A DNA stretch of 63,985 nt, the filler included, from Stramenopiles sp. TOSAG23-2 (lineage: Eukaryota), in assembly GCA_900128395.1 (NCBI GenBank). It is 3 parts of 3 records of this genome, joined end to end, with 100 filler letters (N's around TTAATTAATTAA, not from the genome) between each part and the next. Parts side by side here need not be neighbours in the genome. Positions count along the whole stretch, not along the records: positions 22,691 to 45,233 come from LT649510.1; positions 45,334 to 63,985 come from LT649602.1; 1 more part is not named here. The stretch is one strand, 5' to 3'. Positions 33,696-45,938 of this stretch are shown here, piece after piece. The notes under the pieces are model-generated. The model worked only from the letters and a program-made list of their open reading frames with translations. It was not told where the DNA came from and did no database searches. Position 1 is the stretch's first letter. The number at the start of each line of letters is the position of its first letter. A program made the position numbers and the translations under genes.

Positions 33696-35005
33696 CAGAC
33701 AGACTTGAAACACCTACATGTGCAAAAATTGAAAATGATTTGGAGCTAAATACGTTGAGGCGTATGCATATATTGCATTAATATATTTTTTCAAAAGTTA
33801 TTTTATTTAATACTTCGTATATGTACGTAATATCTAGAGATATTATTACCACACCTTACTATTTTTTCTTTTTTATTATTTGAAATTATCTTATAATTTG
33901 TTATATTATTACCACTACGCCCCTACGTCTTTTTGCATTATATCGACGGGGTGCATTTGCAAACATTTCAACTTTCAACTTTTGTTTTTATATCTGGTTT
34001 TTTTTTATCTTATTGCTCTAAATTATGCATTACTCGTACTTGGACTACCTGAAATAGTATACTTTTTTTGGAACCAAACCCTAGCTGGGCTTGTCTTACC
34101 TGGTACTGTCTAACCGTCTTATACTGTCTTACTTTTTTTTGCAGTTACATATCGATAAAAATAGCTACAGTACATGTACGAAAGTAGATAGGAGTTTAAG
34201 TTCACAAAAAATGAATCATATGGGCCCAATTGTCGTCATAAAATGTATATACTATACTAATCTGAGAGATGATTGAAGAATATTATAGTCACACACATGT
34301 ACACAGACATAAAAAGTAAATCACAAATAATAAATAGACCCGGGAGATCAAACTATATAGGAAACAAATAGCTCGAAAATATAATATTTTTTGGGGGGAT
34401 TATCAATACCTTGCAAAGCATAATGAATTTGGCGCCATGTGGCAGTATATAGATACGTCCACAATTGATTTTAAGAATGGTATTATTACGGATGTGATAC
34501 CAAAAATTCATTCAAATGCTGATAAATATCAAAATGTTGACAATGTCGTTGGCGATATTGACGTAAAGAAAGAAATACATTTGTTAGATGGGACAGTCAT
34601 TGTTGTTTATTTTTGTATTATATATATAGTATTAATATGAATATCGTGTTATAAATGTTATTGTTTCTTATCTCTACGTTTGTTTGTGTCTTAAAAGTAT
34701 ATATATATTTAATTATTAATTTTTAAATATAAAGTACAGATATATAAAAAAAAAAGAAGAAGTGCAATGGTATGTCCATGGCCGTAAATGTCAACGGAAT
34801 GTAACGATTTAAATGTGAAAGATTTGAATTTTTACTGTATAGCAGTTGCTATAGATATAGGCGAAAGATCAGGTAATACTTTTTTGTACTCTTAGCGGTT
34901 GATAACCGCCTATTTCTTTCTGAGAAAATAATAGATAAACAATTAAGAAATTAAAAAACTTACTTTTTTTACCCCAGAATTTTCTAGAACAACACACTCC
35001 ACTTT

Positions 35006-35539
35006 TTAAATAAATGTGATGGTATAATCTTCTTCATCTTCTTTTCTTCTTCTAGTTGTATTACTGTTGTGTTTACCACCCTGTCTCCGTCTATTGCCAT
35101 TTCTATCGTTTTTACGTTTTCTTCTTCTTCTTCTACTTTTATAATCATCATCATCATCATCGCTGTTGTTATCATATTTTCTTCTTGTTTTCGTCGTTTT
35201 TTTAGTATCGTCTCCAGATGACGATAATGCACTTTGAAATAATTCATGTCCATCATTGGCAGCAAGTTTTCGCGCTTTCCTGGCTTTTCTTAATCGTCTT
35301 TTCTCCTTCTCGCGTGCTCGTCTTTGTTTATCATAATCCATCGTTGCTCTGCGTGTTTTTTTTGATTGATTCTTTACTTTAAAGCCCTTTACTTTTCTTT
35401 GTCTAGTTGCATTGAAAACACCTCTTCTCTTTGCATTTTCTGTAACTCGTCTACATATATCTTCATGATCTTTCAAACGGGCTATTTGAAATTTTCTACC
35501 ACATATGGCACATGGTAATAATTGAGTACGATAAGACAT
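35006..35539 (-). CDS. C2HC-type zinc finger protein (ZC2HC1-like)
   Basis: LLPCAICGRKF..ARL..HEDIC...KRRGVFN..RQR is a zf-C2HC_2 signature; basic tail, possibly incomplete. Confidence 0.8.
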   Translation of the reverse strand: MSYRTQLLPCAICGRKFQIARLKDHEDICRRVTENAKRRGVFNATRQRKVKGFKVKNQSKKTRRATMDYDKQRRAREKEKRRLRKARKARKLAANDGHELFQSALSSSGDDTKKTTKTRRKYDNNSDDDDDDYKSRRRRRKRKNDRNGNRRRQGGKHNSNTTRRRKEDEEDYTITFI

Positions 35540-36484
35540 TGTTGTTATATTTGTATTTATACAATTGTGTATCTCTGTATCCTCTATCTATCTATCTATA
35601 TTCATTATTGATTTGGTTTTTATTTGTATTTCACCCACAACAAAATAACGACCTCTATACTAAAGAAGATTTTCGCTTTTTCAATTTCCACCACCACACG
35701 CACACCCTTAAATACCAGCTCTTACATCCCTTCACACAGACTCCAGAGACATACTAATACGTATAATAATTTATTAATACCTATATTATAATAGCAGTAT
35801 ACACAGCGCACCTTTTATCCCGCCATCAATCACACTTCTTCCAATCAAAAACAATGAATTGAAAATAATAATATATATATATCTGTATGGAGAGATTGCA
35901 ATTTTGATACAAGTTATATTATACTGTATGACATAGAACAAAGGTATCACAATAGACGACAACAACATTACAATATAATAATAGTACACTTCCAATCAAA
36001 AACAATGAATTGAAAATAATAATATATATATATCTGTATGGAGAGATTGCAATTTTGATACAAGTTATATTATACTGTATGACATAGAACAAAGGTATCA
36101 CAATAGACGACAACAACATTACAATATAATAATAGTACAAATCATTTGTAAAAAAGAAACTAAGAAAGTGATAGTTCGTGTAGTAAATATCTCCCCCCAC
36201 TAGTGTGAAAAAAAAAAAAAAGGTAAAGAATGACAATAATATTACCATTATTTTTATTATTACTAATATTGCCAATAACAGTTATTACTGCACAAAATAT
36301 TATTTACAGTGTTGAAATAACATTGGAAGGTGCAGATGGTGTAAAAAATACGCAAAATGTGACGACAACAACATTACAATATAATAATAGTACAAATCAT
36401 TTGTAAAAAAGAAACTAAGAAAGTGATAGTTCGTGTAGTAAATATCTCCCCCCACTAGTGTGAAAAAAAAAAAAAAGGTAAAGA

Positions 36485-37503
36485 ATGACAATAATATTAC
36501 CATTATTTTTATTATTACTAATATTGCCAATAACAGTTATTACTGCACAAAATATTATTTACAGTGTTGAAATAACATTGGAAGGTGCAGATGGTGTAAA
36601 AAATACGCAAAATGTAAATGTATTGGCCGGCATGTCTGTTAAAGATTCTGTCACACATTTATTACTGCACAAAATATTATTTACAGTGTTGAAATAACAT
36701 TGGAAGGTGCAGATGGTGTAAAAAATACGCAAAATGTAAATGTATTGGCCGGCATGTCTGTTAAAGATTCTGTCACACATTTTTGTTCTTCTGGTGTTTG
36801 TGGTATTAGCCAACAAGCGGTTGAAGATTATGTTACAAGTGTGGTGAACGACGCCAGAAAAACTTGGTATGTGAATGAGTTATTAAGAGATACTATTGAA
36901 AGTGCAACTGTTTACGATGTGGATAATAATCCAGTATCATTAGACAGTAACGTTGCTGCAAACGAAGGAAAATTCTTATATGATCTAATTGTAAACAATA
37001 ATTTAAAGAAAACCCTGGAAGTTGGTATGGCATATGGTATTTCAGCTTTATATATTGCACAAGCACATCGAAATTTACAAAATCCATTGCAATCTCATGT
37101 ATCTGTTGATCCGTATCAATCCACACAATGGAAAAATATTGCAATGTTAAATTTAGAACGTGCAAATTTACAAGATTATGTTGAACTTCGGGAAGATTTA
37201 TCATATTTAGTAATGCCTGTAGCAGTGCAAAATAAAGAAGAATATGATTTGATATTTATTGATGGCATGCATTTATATGATTACACATTATTGGATTTTT
37301 TTTACGCTGATTTAATGTTAAAAGTTGGCGGATATATGATTTTTGATGATGCACATATGCCTTCAGTTGCAAAAGTAATATCTTATGTATTAACAAACCG
37401 TTCCTATAAATTAGTTGAAAATACTGGATTATCAATTCGTGTTAGTGTGATGATTAAAGTAAAAGATGATGATCGTAATTGGGATTATCATGCAAGTTTT
37501 TAA
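36485..37503 (+). CDS. Signal-peptide-bearing class I SAM methyltransferase (Methyltransf_24-like); frame broken by a 122-bp duplication
   Basis: TLEVGMAYGISA, DLIFIDGMHLYD..LLDFFYAD..LKVGG..IFDD; removing one copy of the 36539-36660/36661-36782 duplication gives one continuous ORF from MTIILPLFLLLL. Confidence 0.85.
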
Positions 37504-38308
37504 AAATATTATAATAATCTCAAAACAAATTAGTTGAAAATACTGGATTATCAATTCGTGTTAGTGTGATGATTAAAGTAAAAGATGATGATCGTAATTG
37601 GGATTATCATGCAAGTTTTTAAAAATATTATAATAATCTCAAAACAAGATATATTATATTTTTGTTTCGACTGCAAAATGATTTTCTTTATTTTCTTTAT
37701 AGATCGTCGTCGAGTTTTAAACCATGGCGATCATTTGAAAGTTAGGCCAGGTTTTTTTGTACCTTGAAAATGTTACGCGTATGATATTAATATTAATTAA
37801 TACGAGAAGCGTACGTATATATATAATACACGCGTATAAAAACTAACGCGAATAAAAAGTTAATACGAAGCTTCGTAAATTTTTTTATACGAGTTCGTAT
37901 TTTTTAAAAAATAAAAAATTAATATTTTTGAGACACGTATATTTTTATTTTAAATGCATCATAAAAAAGATGTGCAATTTTTACTTATTAATTAATACGA
38001 GAAGCGTACGTATATATATAATACACGCGTATAAAAACTAACGCGAATAAAAAGTTAATACGAAGCTTCGTAAATTTTTTTATACGAGTTCGTATTTTTT
38101 AAAAAATAAAAAATTAATATTTTTGAGACACGTATATTTTTATTTTAAATGCATCATAAAAAAGATGTGCAATTTTTACTCCTCATCATCATTCTCTTCT
38201 TTATTATCTTCTTTATAAGTAGAACGCCTCCTTGAAATCTTTCTTCTTAATCTCAACGGTTTCGATATCTTTTTATTTTAAATGCATCATAAAAAAGATG
38301 TGCAATTT

Positions 38309-39227
38309 TTACTCCTCATCATCATTCTCTTCTTTATTATCTTCTTTATAAGTAGAACGCCTCCTTGAAATCTTTCTTCTTAATCTCAACGGTTTCGATA
38401 TCTTTGGCTTCATCGCTTTTTCTATAGCGGTCTCATTTTTGTCTTCCGCAATTTCATCTACATCATTCTCTTCTGCAGGTGTACGCTTCGTATCTTTATC
38501 ATCATTTTCGCTTAGTGTGCCAGTTTCCATAATACCTCCATCAGTTGTATTTGTTATATTATTGTATGGAATTCCTAATCTTATTGCTTTTTGTCTACGC
38601 TCTTCCTCGTCCTCTGCTACTTTTTTCACGTGACGAAGTAATCCTGCTCTTGCATCTTTAATATCAGACGCATTCCATTTTGCAGTTAACATATTGTACT
38701 TGGCACCTAAATTTTTTACTAATCCTGCAAATTTATTCACAACACCATCTACGCCTTTAGCTGTTTCGATAGAGGCGGCACGGGCACTTATATGTGCTTC
38801 TGGGACATTAAAATCTTTCTCTGTTACTGCTGGTGCCGGCATTTTTGGTGGAATATATGAAATATTTGGTTCCATAGGTGGCGCTAAATGATGATTAATA
38901 ACATCATCATCAGTCCATGAATCCATTTGATTACTTAATAAACCATTGACAAAAGTTTCATTTGATAATACGTTCTTTAAATTTCTGTTCTCTGTATTAT
39001 CTACTTTAATGGTTTTTCCTATTGCTTCTGATGGTATTGGTTTTGGTAAAAGTTTCATTTGATAATACGTTCTTTAAATTTCTGTTCTCTGTATTATCTA
39101 CTTTAATGGTTTTTCCTATTGCTTCTGATGGTATTGGTTTTGGTAAATTTTTAATTGCTATATTTTGCGACAACACGACCGTAACGGATGATGCAATTAA
39201 CAATAAACCTATAAATATTACTTGCAT
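38309..39227 (-). CDS. Secreted hypothetical protein; frame broken by a ~96-bp duplication
   Basis: Signal peptide MQVIFIGLLLIAS; both ORFs share LPKPIPSEAIGKTIKVDNTENRNLKNVLSNETF. Confidence 0.65.
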
Positions 39228-39645
39228 CTTGTTGTTCTTACTGGAATAGACGTTTTGCTTTTTGTTTTTGTTATGTATATATATATGTATATCTCTGTCT
39301 ATCTATGTTTTATAGACGACTATCATTCTCTTTGTTCTTGTATATAATATTTTTAGTGATAGTTTATCCCCTTTTTTGATGTGGTGTGTGTTGAGGATTT
39401 TCCTTGAATATTTTGGCCTTTTTTTATGTGGAATTATAATGATGTGGTGGTGCTATTGCCCTCATTAATGCTGTGTCATGTTGTGTGGGGGTGCAACAGC
39501 GTATTATATAGGAGATGAGTTTTATTACAATAGTGTACTGGTACCAGGTATAGATGTGATATGGTATTATAATACTAGAATTACATAGATTTAGAATGAT
39601 ATATATTAATTATTACATTTTTTAATAGATATACAATCATATTCA

Positions 39646-40386
39646 TTATAACTCTTCTTTCTTTGTTGCTTCAGCTTCTTCTTGCAATAATTTCAATTCC
39701 AACGCTTTTTTTTGCTTTTCAACCTGTTCAACAACATGAGTATGGAATTCTGGATGCATTAAACGTTTATTATGCAATATATCTAACAAATCTTTCTTGT
39801 TTTTTGTACCTTTGATCAATAAATCAATGCCAGGCTGATCAATTAAAAATCGTATTACCTTTTCATGTTCTTTTTCAAGATGTCCATGATGTAATTCAAC
39901 AGCTGCCATCATAATTGCAGAATATCCAAATCGATGATCAACTTCATTTAAGTTTGCACCATTCTTGACTAATAATTTCACAAATTCCAACCTTCCTTGA
40001 TGTGCTGCTGCGATCAATGGGGTACGGCCTTCCATAGTTTTCACGTTAACTTTCGCTCCTTTTGAAATCAAATATTCTCCAACTTCATGATGGCCATGAT
40101 GTGCTGCATGTTTAATCACATGATGATCCCATTGATCTGCATGGTTCACATCTTTCCCTAATGTTTCAACATGATGTTTAACGTGATGTAAGTGAGTACA
40201 CTTTATATGCCCATCGCTATTATATGCATGATGTGAACAATTTTCATTTGCCGTAAATCGATGTGGTTTTATATTTTTAACTGCTTTTATTAAATCTGCA
40301 TCGCCACGTACGATATTATAACATAAAAATGTAAACGTACCAATAGCGAAAATTGTTGTCAATATTAATATCTTATTATTCTTCAT
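39646..40386 (-). CDS. His-rich ankyrin-repeat protein with signal peptide and C-terminal KEEL
   Basis: Ankyrin motifs (GRTPLIAAAHQGRLEFVKLLVKNGANLN); hydrophobic N-terminus; ends KKEEL. Confidence 0.88.
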   Translation of the reverse strand: MKNNKILILTTIFAIGTFTFLCYNIVRGDADLIKAVKNIKPHRFTANENCSHHAYNSDGHIKCTHLHHVKHHVETLGKDVNHADQWDHHVIKHAAHHGHHEVGEYLISKGAKVNVKTMEGRTPLIAAAHQGRLEFVKLLVKNGANLNEVDHRFGYSAIMMAAVELHHGHLEKEHEKVIRFLIDQPGIDLLIKGTKNKKDLLDILHNKRLMHPEFHTHVVEQVEKQKKALELKLLQEEAEATKKEEL

Positions 40387-40840
40387 TTTTATTATTTTTA
40401 TTGTTGTTCAATATAAATCTCTCTCTCTATATATATTACATCAATATAATTTCTAAATCACTATATATATATATACACATTAACACATGTGACATGTGTG
40501 TTTATTAGTCAAAAACAGCAACAAAATTAAAAAAATTAACCAGGTTTCTTTTTGGTTGCTATAGCTATTTCCATCATGTAAAATTACCATGAACACAGCA
40601 GCGGTGAATAATACTTTGGTGCCCATCATTTACAACATATGTTGCATATGCATATCCACAGATAGAAAGAGAAAACAGATAGAAAGAGAAAACAGATGGA
40701 ACATATACATATAGATACAAATACATGTCAAAATATTAAAGCACATATCCACAGATAGAAAGAGAAAACAGATAGAAAGAGAAAACAGATGGAACATATA
40801 CATATAGATACAAATACATGTCAAAATATTAAAGCAAAAG

Positions 40841-43077
40841 ATGCAGTCTATCGTCAAACAATTTCTATCATATCGTTACCACCACCCACGTCGTTTATTT
40901 TCAACAAATGTAGTGACGGATGTACAATTACAATCACTCAAAGAACGATCTAAACGTCTAACTGGTGATATCAAAGACAAATCATCTATTGTAAAAACCA
41001 CAGGAGCTCGCGCAAATTTACGTGCAGCTGGATGGGACGATGAAGACATGTTAAAACCTGTTATCGCTGTTGGTGTACCATATTCCAATGCTTTGCCCTG
41101 TAATAATCATTTATTAGAGCTATCTGACATTGTATGTAAAACTATTGAAAAAGAAGGAGGTAAGACCGTGTATGCAGGGACACCAGTCATCAGCGATGGC
41201 GAGACGAATGGTAGCGATGGAATGCGATATAGCTTACCGTCAAGAGAAATAATTGCAGACTCAATTGAATTAATGTATGAAGGTTATATGTGCGATGCCA
41301 TGGTAACAATATCTGGATGTGATAAAACTGTCCCGGGGACTTTAATGCCTTTGCCACGCACAAATGCTTTTGGGTTAACTATTTATGGTGGTACTGCTAT
41401 GCCAGGACAATGTGACGGGTGTTATAATACGCATGGTGGCACAGGTTTAGATGGCAAAGATTTAATGGAAGCTATTGGTGCGTTTGAAACAGGTCGGATG
41501 ACGCAAGATACGATTGATAAAATAGAAAGATATGCATTGCCTGGAAGTGGCACATGTAGCGCTATGTTCACAGCAAATACAATGAGCAGTGCCATTGAAG
41601 CAATGGGTATGTCATTGCCAATGTCTGCATCAAGACCAGCATTGGCAAAATCAAAACGAGAAGAATGTGAAGAAGCAGTCCATGCATTATTTAATTTAAT
41701 GCGTTTAAATATTAAACCAAAAGATATAATGATAAAGGAAAATTTTGAAAACGCAATAACAGTCGCTTACGCATTAGGCGGGTCAACAAATTTATTTTTA
41801 CACTTATTAGCATTGGCACATGAAGCTGATATTGATTTGTCAGTACATGATTTTCAACGAATTGGAGAGAAAGTACCATTGATAGGCAATTTATCCCCAC
41901 ATGGTGCATATCATATGTCGGATTTAAATGACATAGGTGGAGTTCCATTGGTTATGAAAGAACTTTCTCGCGGTGGGTTTTTACATGAAGATGTATTAAC
42001 TGTGACAGGAAAAACTGTAAGAGAAAATTTAGAAGATGTGCCAAGTTTAACAGATATACCAGTACAAGAAGTTTTAAAATCATTGGAAAAGCCATATGCA
42101 AAACCTGGCAACCATATTGGAGTGTTGACTGGTAATTTAGCAAGTGAAAGCGCTGTTATGAAATTATCAGGGAAAGACATTCCACTATTTGAAGGCCCAG
42201 CAGTCGTTTTTGATACAGAATTTTTAGCTTATGAAGCAATTGTGAATGGTGACATTAAAGCTGGGGATGTTTGTGAAAGCGCTGTTATGAAATTATCAGG
42301 GAAAGACATTCCACTATTTGAAGGCCCAGCAGTCGTTTTTGATACAGAATTTTTAGCTTATGAAGCAATTGTGAATGGTGACATTAAAGCTGGGGATGTT
42401 TTGATTATTCGATACGAAGGTCCAAAAGGAAGTCCTGGTATGCCAGAAATGTTAAGTCCAGGTGCTGCGTTAGTTGGTGCTGGTCTAGGGAAAGATGTTG
42501 CCCTAGTAACTGATGGTCGTTTTAGTGGTGCAAGTCATAGAGTGAAAGCGCTGTTATGAAATTATCAGGGAAAGACATTCCACTATTTGAAGGCCCGGCA
42601 GTCGTTTTTGATACAGAATTTTTAGCTTATGAAGCAATTGTGAATGGTGAAATTAAAGCTGGGGATGTTTTGATTATTCGATACGAAGGCCCAAAAGGAA
42701 GTCCCGGTATGCCAGAAATGTTAAGTCCAGGTGCTGCGTTAGTTGGTGCTGGTTTAGGGAAAGATGTTGCCCTAGTAACTGATGGTCGTTTTAGTGGTGC
42801 AAGTCATGGCATTATGATTGGCCATGTTTCTCCTGAAGCATATGCTGGTGGCAATTTGGCAGTAGTTGAAACTGGAGATATGGTACGGATAAGCATGAAA
42901 GAGAAATCAATTAATGTGTTAGTAGATGATGATGTATTACAAAAACGAATAGAAGAATGGAAAGGCCCACCACAGAAGGATCGAGAAGAAAGGATGAATG
43001 GTTATTTATTAAAGTATAGAAGGTTAGTCAGTAGTGCCCATGTTGGTGCAATTACCAGTGCAATTTCTGAAAAGTAA
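40841..43077 (+). CDS. ILV3: Dihydroxy-acid dehydratase (ILV3/IlvD) with mitochondrial presequence; interrupted by duplicated segments
   Basis: [79 protein letters not shown]; the segment starting 42144 repeats at 42273 and 42542. Confidence 0.95.
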
Positions 43078-43550
43078 GCGCAAGATTAAAATACACACAC
43101 CGCGTCGTCTAATACGTGGGCTTCCTGTTCTTTATTGAAGAAATTTGAAACCACATCATGATCCAAACGTATGCATATTATATATATATATATATATATA
43201 TATGATTCGTATATGAGAGTGTGTTGTGTGTTTAATTTTTTTACGTTTTTAAAATATTACGCTTTTCCGCTTTTCGTGTATCATATACGAACTTCGTACG
43301 TATTTTGATTAATTATAAATAAAGTTTTATTACGAAGTATATATCAAAAAAATATTATGATTTTTTTAACACAATATTATTGGGAGTGAGATAAATTATT
43401 TTTTTACAACCTCGCACTAATTTTATATAATTAAGTTTAATTAATAATTTATTTTATATTTTTATACGTATATACTCGTATATTTTTTTTTATTTTTTTT
43501 AAAAACATAATACACGGAGTATTAATAAAATACTCTCTCCGATAATGCAT

Positions 43551-44319
43551 TTAGGCGGCATGAAGAGCTATTTTTTTATATTGTAGTGCAAAGTTTGTCA
43601 TGTAATATCTTGATACTGCACTAGCATCTACCAATCCATCTTCGCCTTTGAACGCGGCAAATACTTTGCTGGTTATACTACCAGTATTTGCCCAAAATTT
43701 GTGGAACTCTTCTTCATTCATTCTCTTATCACCCATACCACCGAAAGCTTTAGCAGCACGTTTTGCCAAATCTTCAGATACTTTAGGGAGCAACTGAGTA
43801 TAAATCATATTCATTAATTCAGTTTTTGTAATCGTGTTGTCCTTATTTTTATTTGCTGCATTTAAAAGCCTTTGCAGCTGTGCTAATAACTTAGCTTGGT
43901 AATTGCTTTTAACTGTAACTGATTTTATTTCAGATTGTGTAATATTACCATCTTTATTATGGTCGAATTTCGCTCGCAAAGTTTCCCATAATTCATGAGA
44001 TACCTTGTAATGTATTCATATGCCATTTTGCGTCATTACTTGATAATTTTACAACAACATCTGTTTCGCTTGTACATTCTGCTTTAGCATTTGCTACCAA
44101 TTCATTTTGTTCCATATCAGATCGTTTCCTATGTTCTTTAATGTAATCAAGTAAAAATTTCATTGGAGAATCATGTTTACTAGGATCGAATTTTGGAAAT
44201 ACATTTAATCCATTTGATAATAATTCCTCCATCGATTCAGCTGATCGTCGTATGTTTGCACTATGTACATTGTTGAACGTACATGCAACTATTAATAATA
44301 TCAATAAAACTACTTTCAT
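43551..44319 (-). CDS. Secreted EF-hand calcium-binding protein with a 1-nt frameshift near 44000
   Basis: Signal peptide MKVVLLILLIVAC; EF loops DHNKDGNITQSE and NKNKDNTITKTE; removing one base at ..CAAGGTA.. joins MNTLQ to VSHELWETLRAKFD. Confidence 0.7.
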
Positions 44320-44579
44320 CGTTTCTTTGTTATTTCTTCAAACAATCTTCCTTCGTTCGTTTCTATTGATTTGTTTGTTGACTTGTTGTCTTCAAACAAT
44401 CTTCCTTTGTCTGTTTCTATTATTACTGCCATATGGCCCTCCTTTTTTATGAATACCAAAAACGACAATCGATTCCTCCTCGTTTTTAGGGCTCTTCATG
44501 CTATGATCATGCTAGCCAGCTAGATAGGCCACGTCTATGCATATGTTCCAATCCTTTTAACAACTGATAAATGTAAATT

Positions 44580-44705
44580 TTAATCAATTGAGGGGATAAA
44601 TAATGTCGTCTTCAAATCAATGGACCCACCACCATCAAGATCCACAAGATTAAATATTTCACGGAATTCCGCTACTTCCTCCGGTGTTGCATCTGTACCT
44701 TCCAT
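44580..44705 (-). pseudogene. Calmodulin/centrin-like 5' fragment (single truncated EF-hand)
   Basis: MEGTDATPEEVAEFREIFNLVDLDGGGSID then unrelated LKTTLFIPSID*; below the ORF-track length cutoff. Confidence 0.75.
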
Positions 44706-44974
44706 TTTTATTTTCTTTCAGTTTGTCTGTGTTTTGTTTATTGTTATTCGTACTGTACTATATTATATATATAATTACTACATCTGTTGTTATATATCAT
44801 CAGGTATTTCTTCTTCTATATATATTCATATAACATGTGTACAACTGAATTGGTGTGTGGAAAATACAACAACCAACGGTCAAGGTAAGTAATGCTATTA
44901 ACCTGTTAATTAGTGGTAAGTGCCTGCTAAATATACAAAAAAATAAATATATAAAATAATTTCAAGAAATAATA

Positions 44975-45233
44975 ATTAATGTCGATCAGGAAAAGTTCAA
45001 CCAGAAGAAGTATTGGAAATGACATCAAGTCCTTTAGTAAATATAAAGGCAAACCTGAAAGAAGAAGAAGAGCAATTAATGTTGATTAGGAAATGTTCAA
45101 CCAGAATAAGTATTGGAAATGATATCAAGTCCTGTAGTAGATATAAAGGCAAACATGAAAGAAGAAGAAGAGCAATTGATGTTGATCAGGAAAAGTTCAA
45201 CAGAAGAAGTATTGGAAATGTCATCAAGTCCTT
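44975..45233. repeat. Diverged 100-bp tandem repeat (~2.6 units) running into the gap
   Basis: GATCAGG/GATTAGG units start at 44984, 45084 and 45184, with several substitutions between copies. Confidence 0.85.
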
Positions 45234-45333
45234 NNNNNNNNNNNNNNNNNNNNNNNNNNNNNNNNNNNNNNNNNNNNTTAATTAATTAANNNNNNNNNNN
45301 NNNNNNNNNNNNNNNNNNNNNNNNNNNNNNNNN
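45234..45333. other. Artificial contig linker (Ns around TTAATTAATTAA)
   Basis: 100 nt; spacer at 45278-45289. Confidence 0.97.
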
Positions 45334-45938
45334 TTTTCTAATCTGCCTTTAATATTGTTTAATCTTCTCTTCAACCTTTCTTTTTGTGATAAGTTGCCCG
45401 CCTCCTCCTCCTCCTCCTCCTCCTCCTCCTCCTGAGATAATGCTTTTTTTATCCCAAATGTAAAGCATTTCCTCGAGGCGATTCTCCCTCCTGATTTCTT
45501 CTCTTCTGCTTTTAATTTTGGTAATTTTACTGGGTTCATACAGTCGAACTGGATACGTGTTAATTGTCCTTCTATCTTACCTTTATCTTCTTTCCTTGCA
45601 GCTTCAATAACATACCAAGCCAACTTGGCACTATCATCATCACTGCCACCAAGATCCCGTTCCTGTATATCAATGGCATATGTATTGTTGTTAATCAAAT
45701 ATAAAATTTTGTTCGGTGCGTCACAAAAGTAATTTTCAGCTGTTTTAGCGTCGCTAAATTTAAACACAAACTTGGTGTTGCCGCCTTTAGCTCTTGTATC
45801 GCGTTGTTTTTCTTGTATCGCGTTTGTTTTTTTTAACTTGTCCAAATTAGTCTTACTTGTGTACTTAAATTTTTCAACAATGCATGGCCAAACGTTGGCA
45901 CCATAAAACTGTAATTGCAAGGGGTTGTTAGACATCAT
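45334..45938 (-). CDS. Hypothetical protein, 3'-partial at the gap
   Basis: ~200 open codons with a polyE tract; no recognisable domain. Confidence 0.55.

Noticed and set aside
35786..36816. Several repeated small minus-strand ORFs (MAILVIIK.., YYYYIVMLLSS..)
   Set aside because: Antisense or shadow translations of duplicated promoter and 5' methyltransferase sequence.
42556..43077. Apparent second, separate IlvD C-terminal gene or split enzyme
   Set aside because: Explained by duplicated haplotype segments; one continuous ILV3 can be reconstructed.
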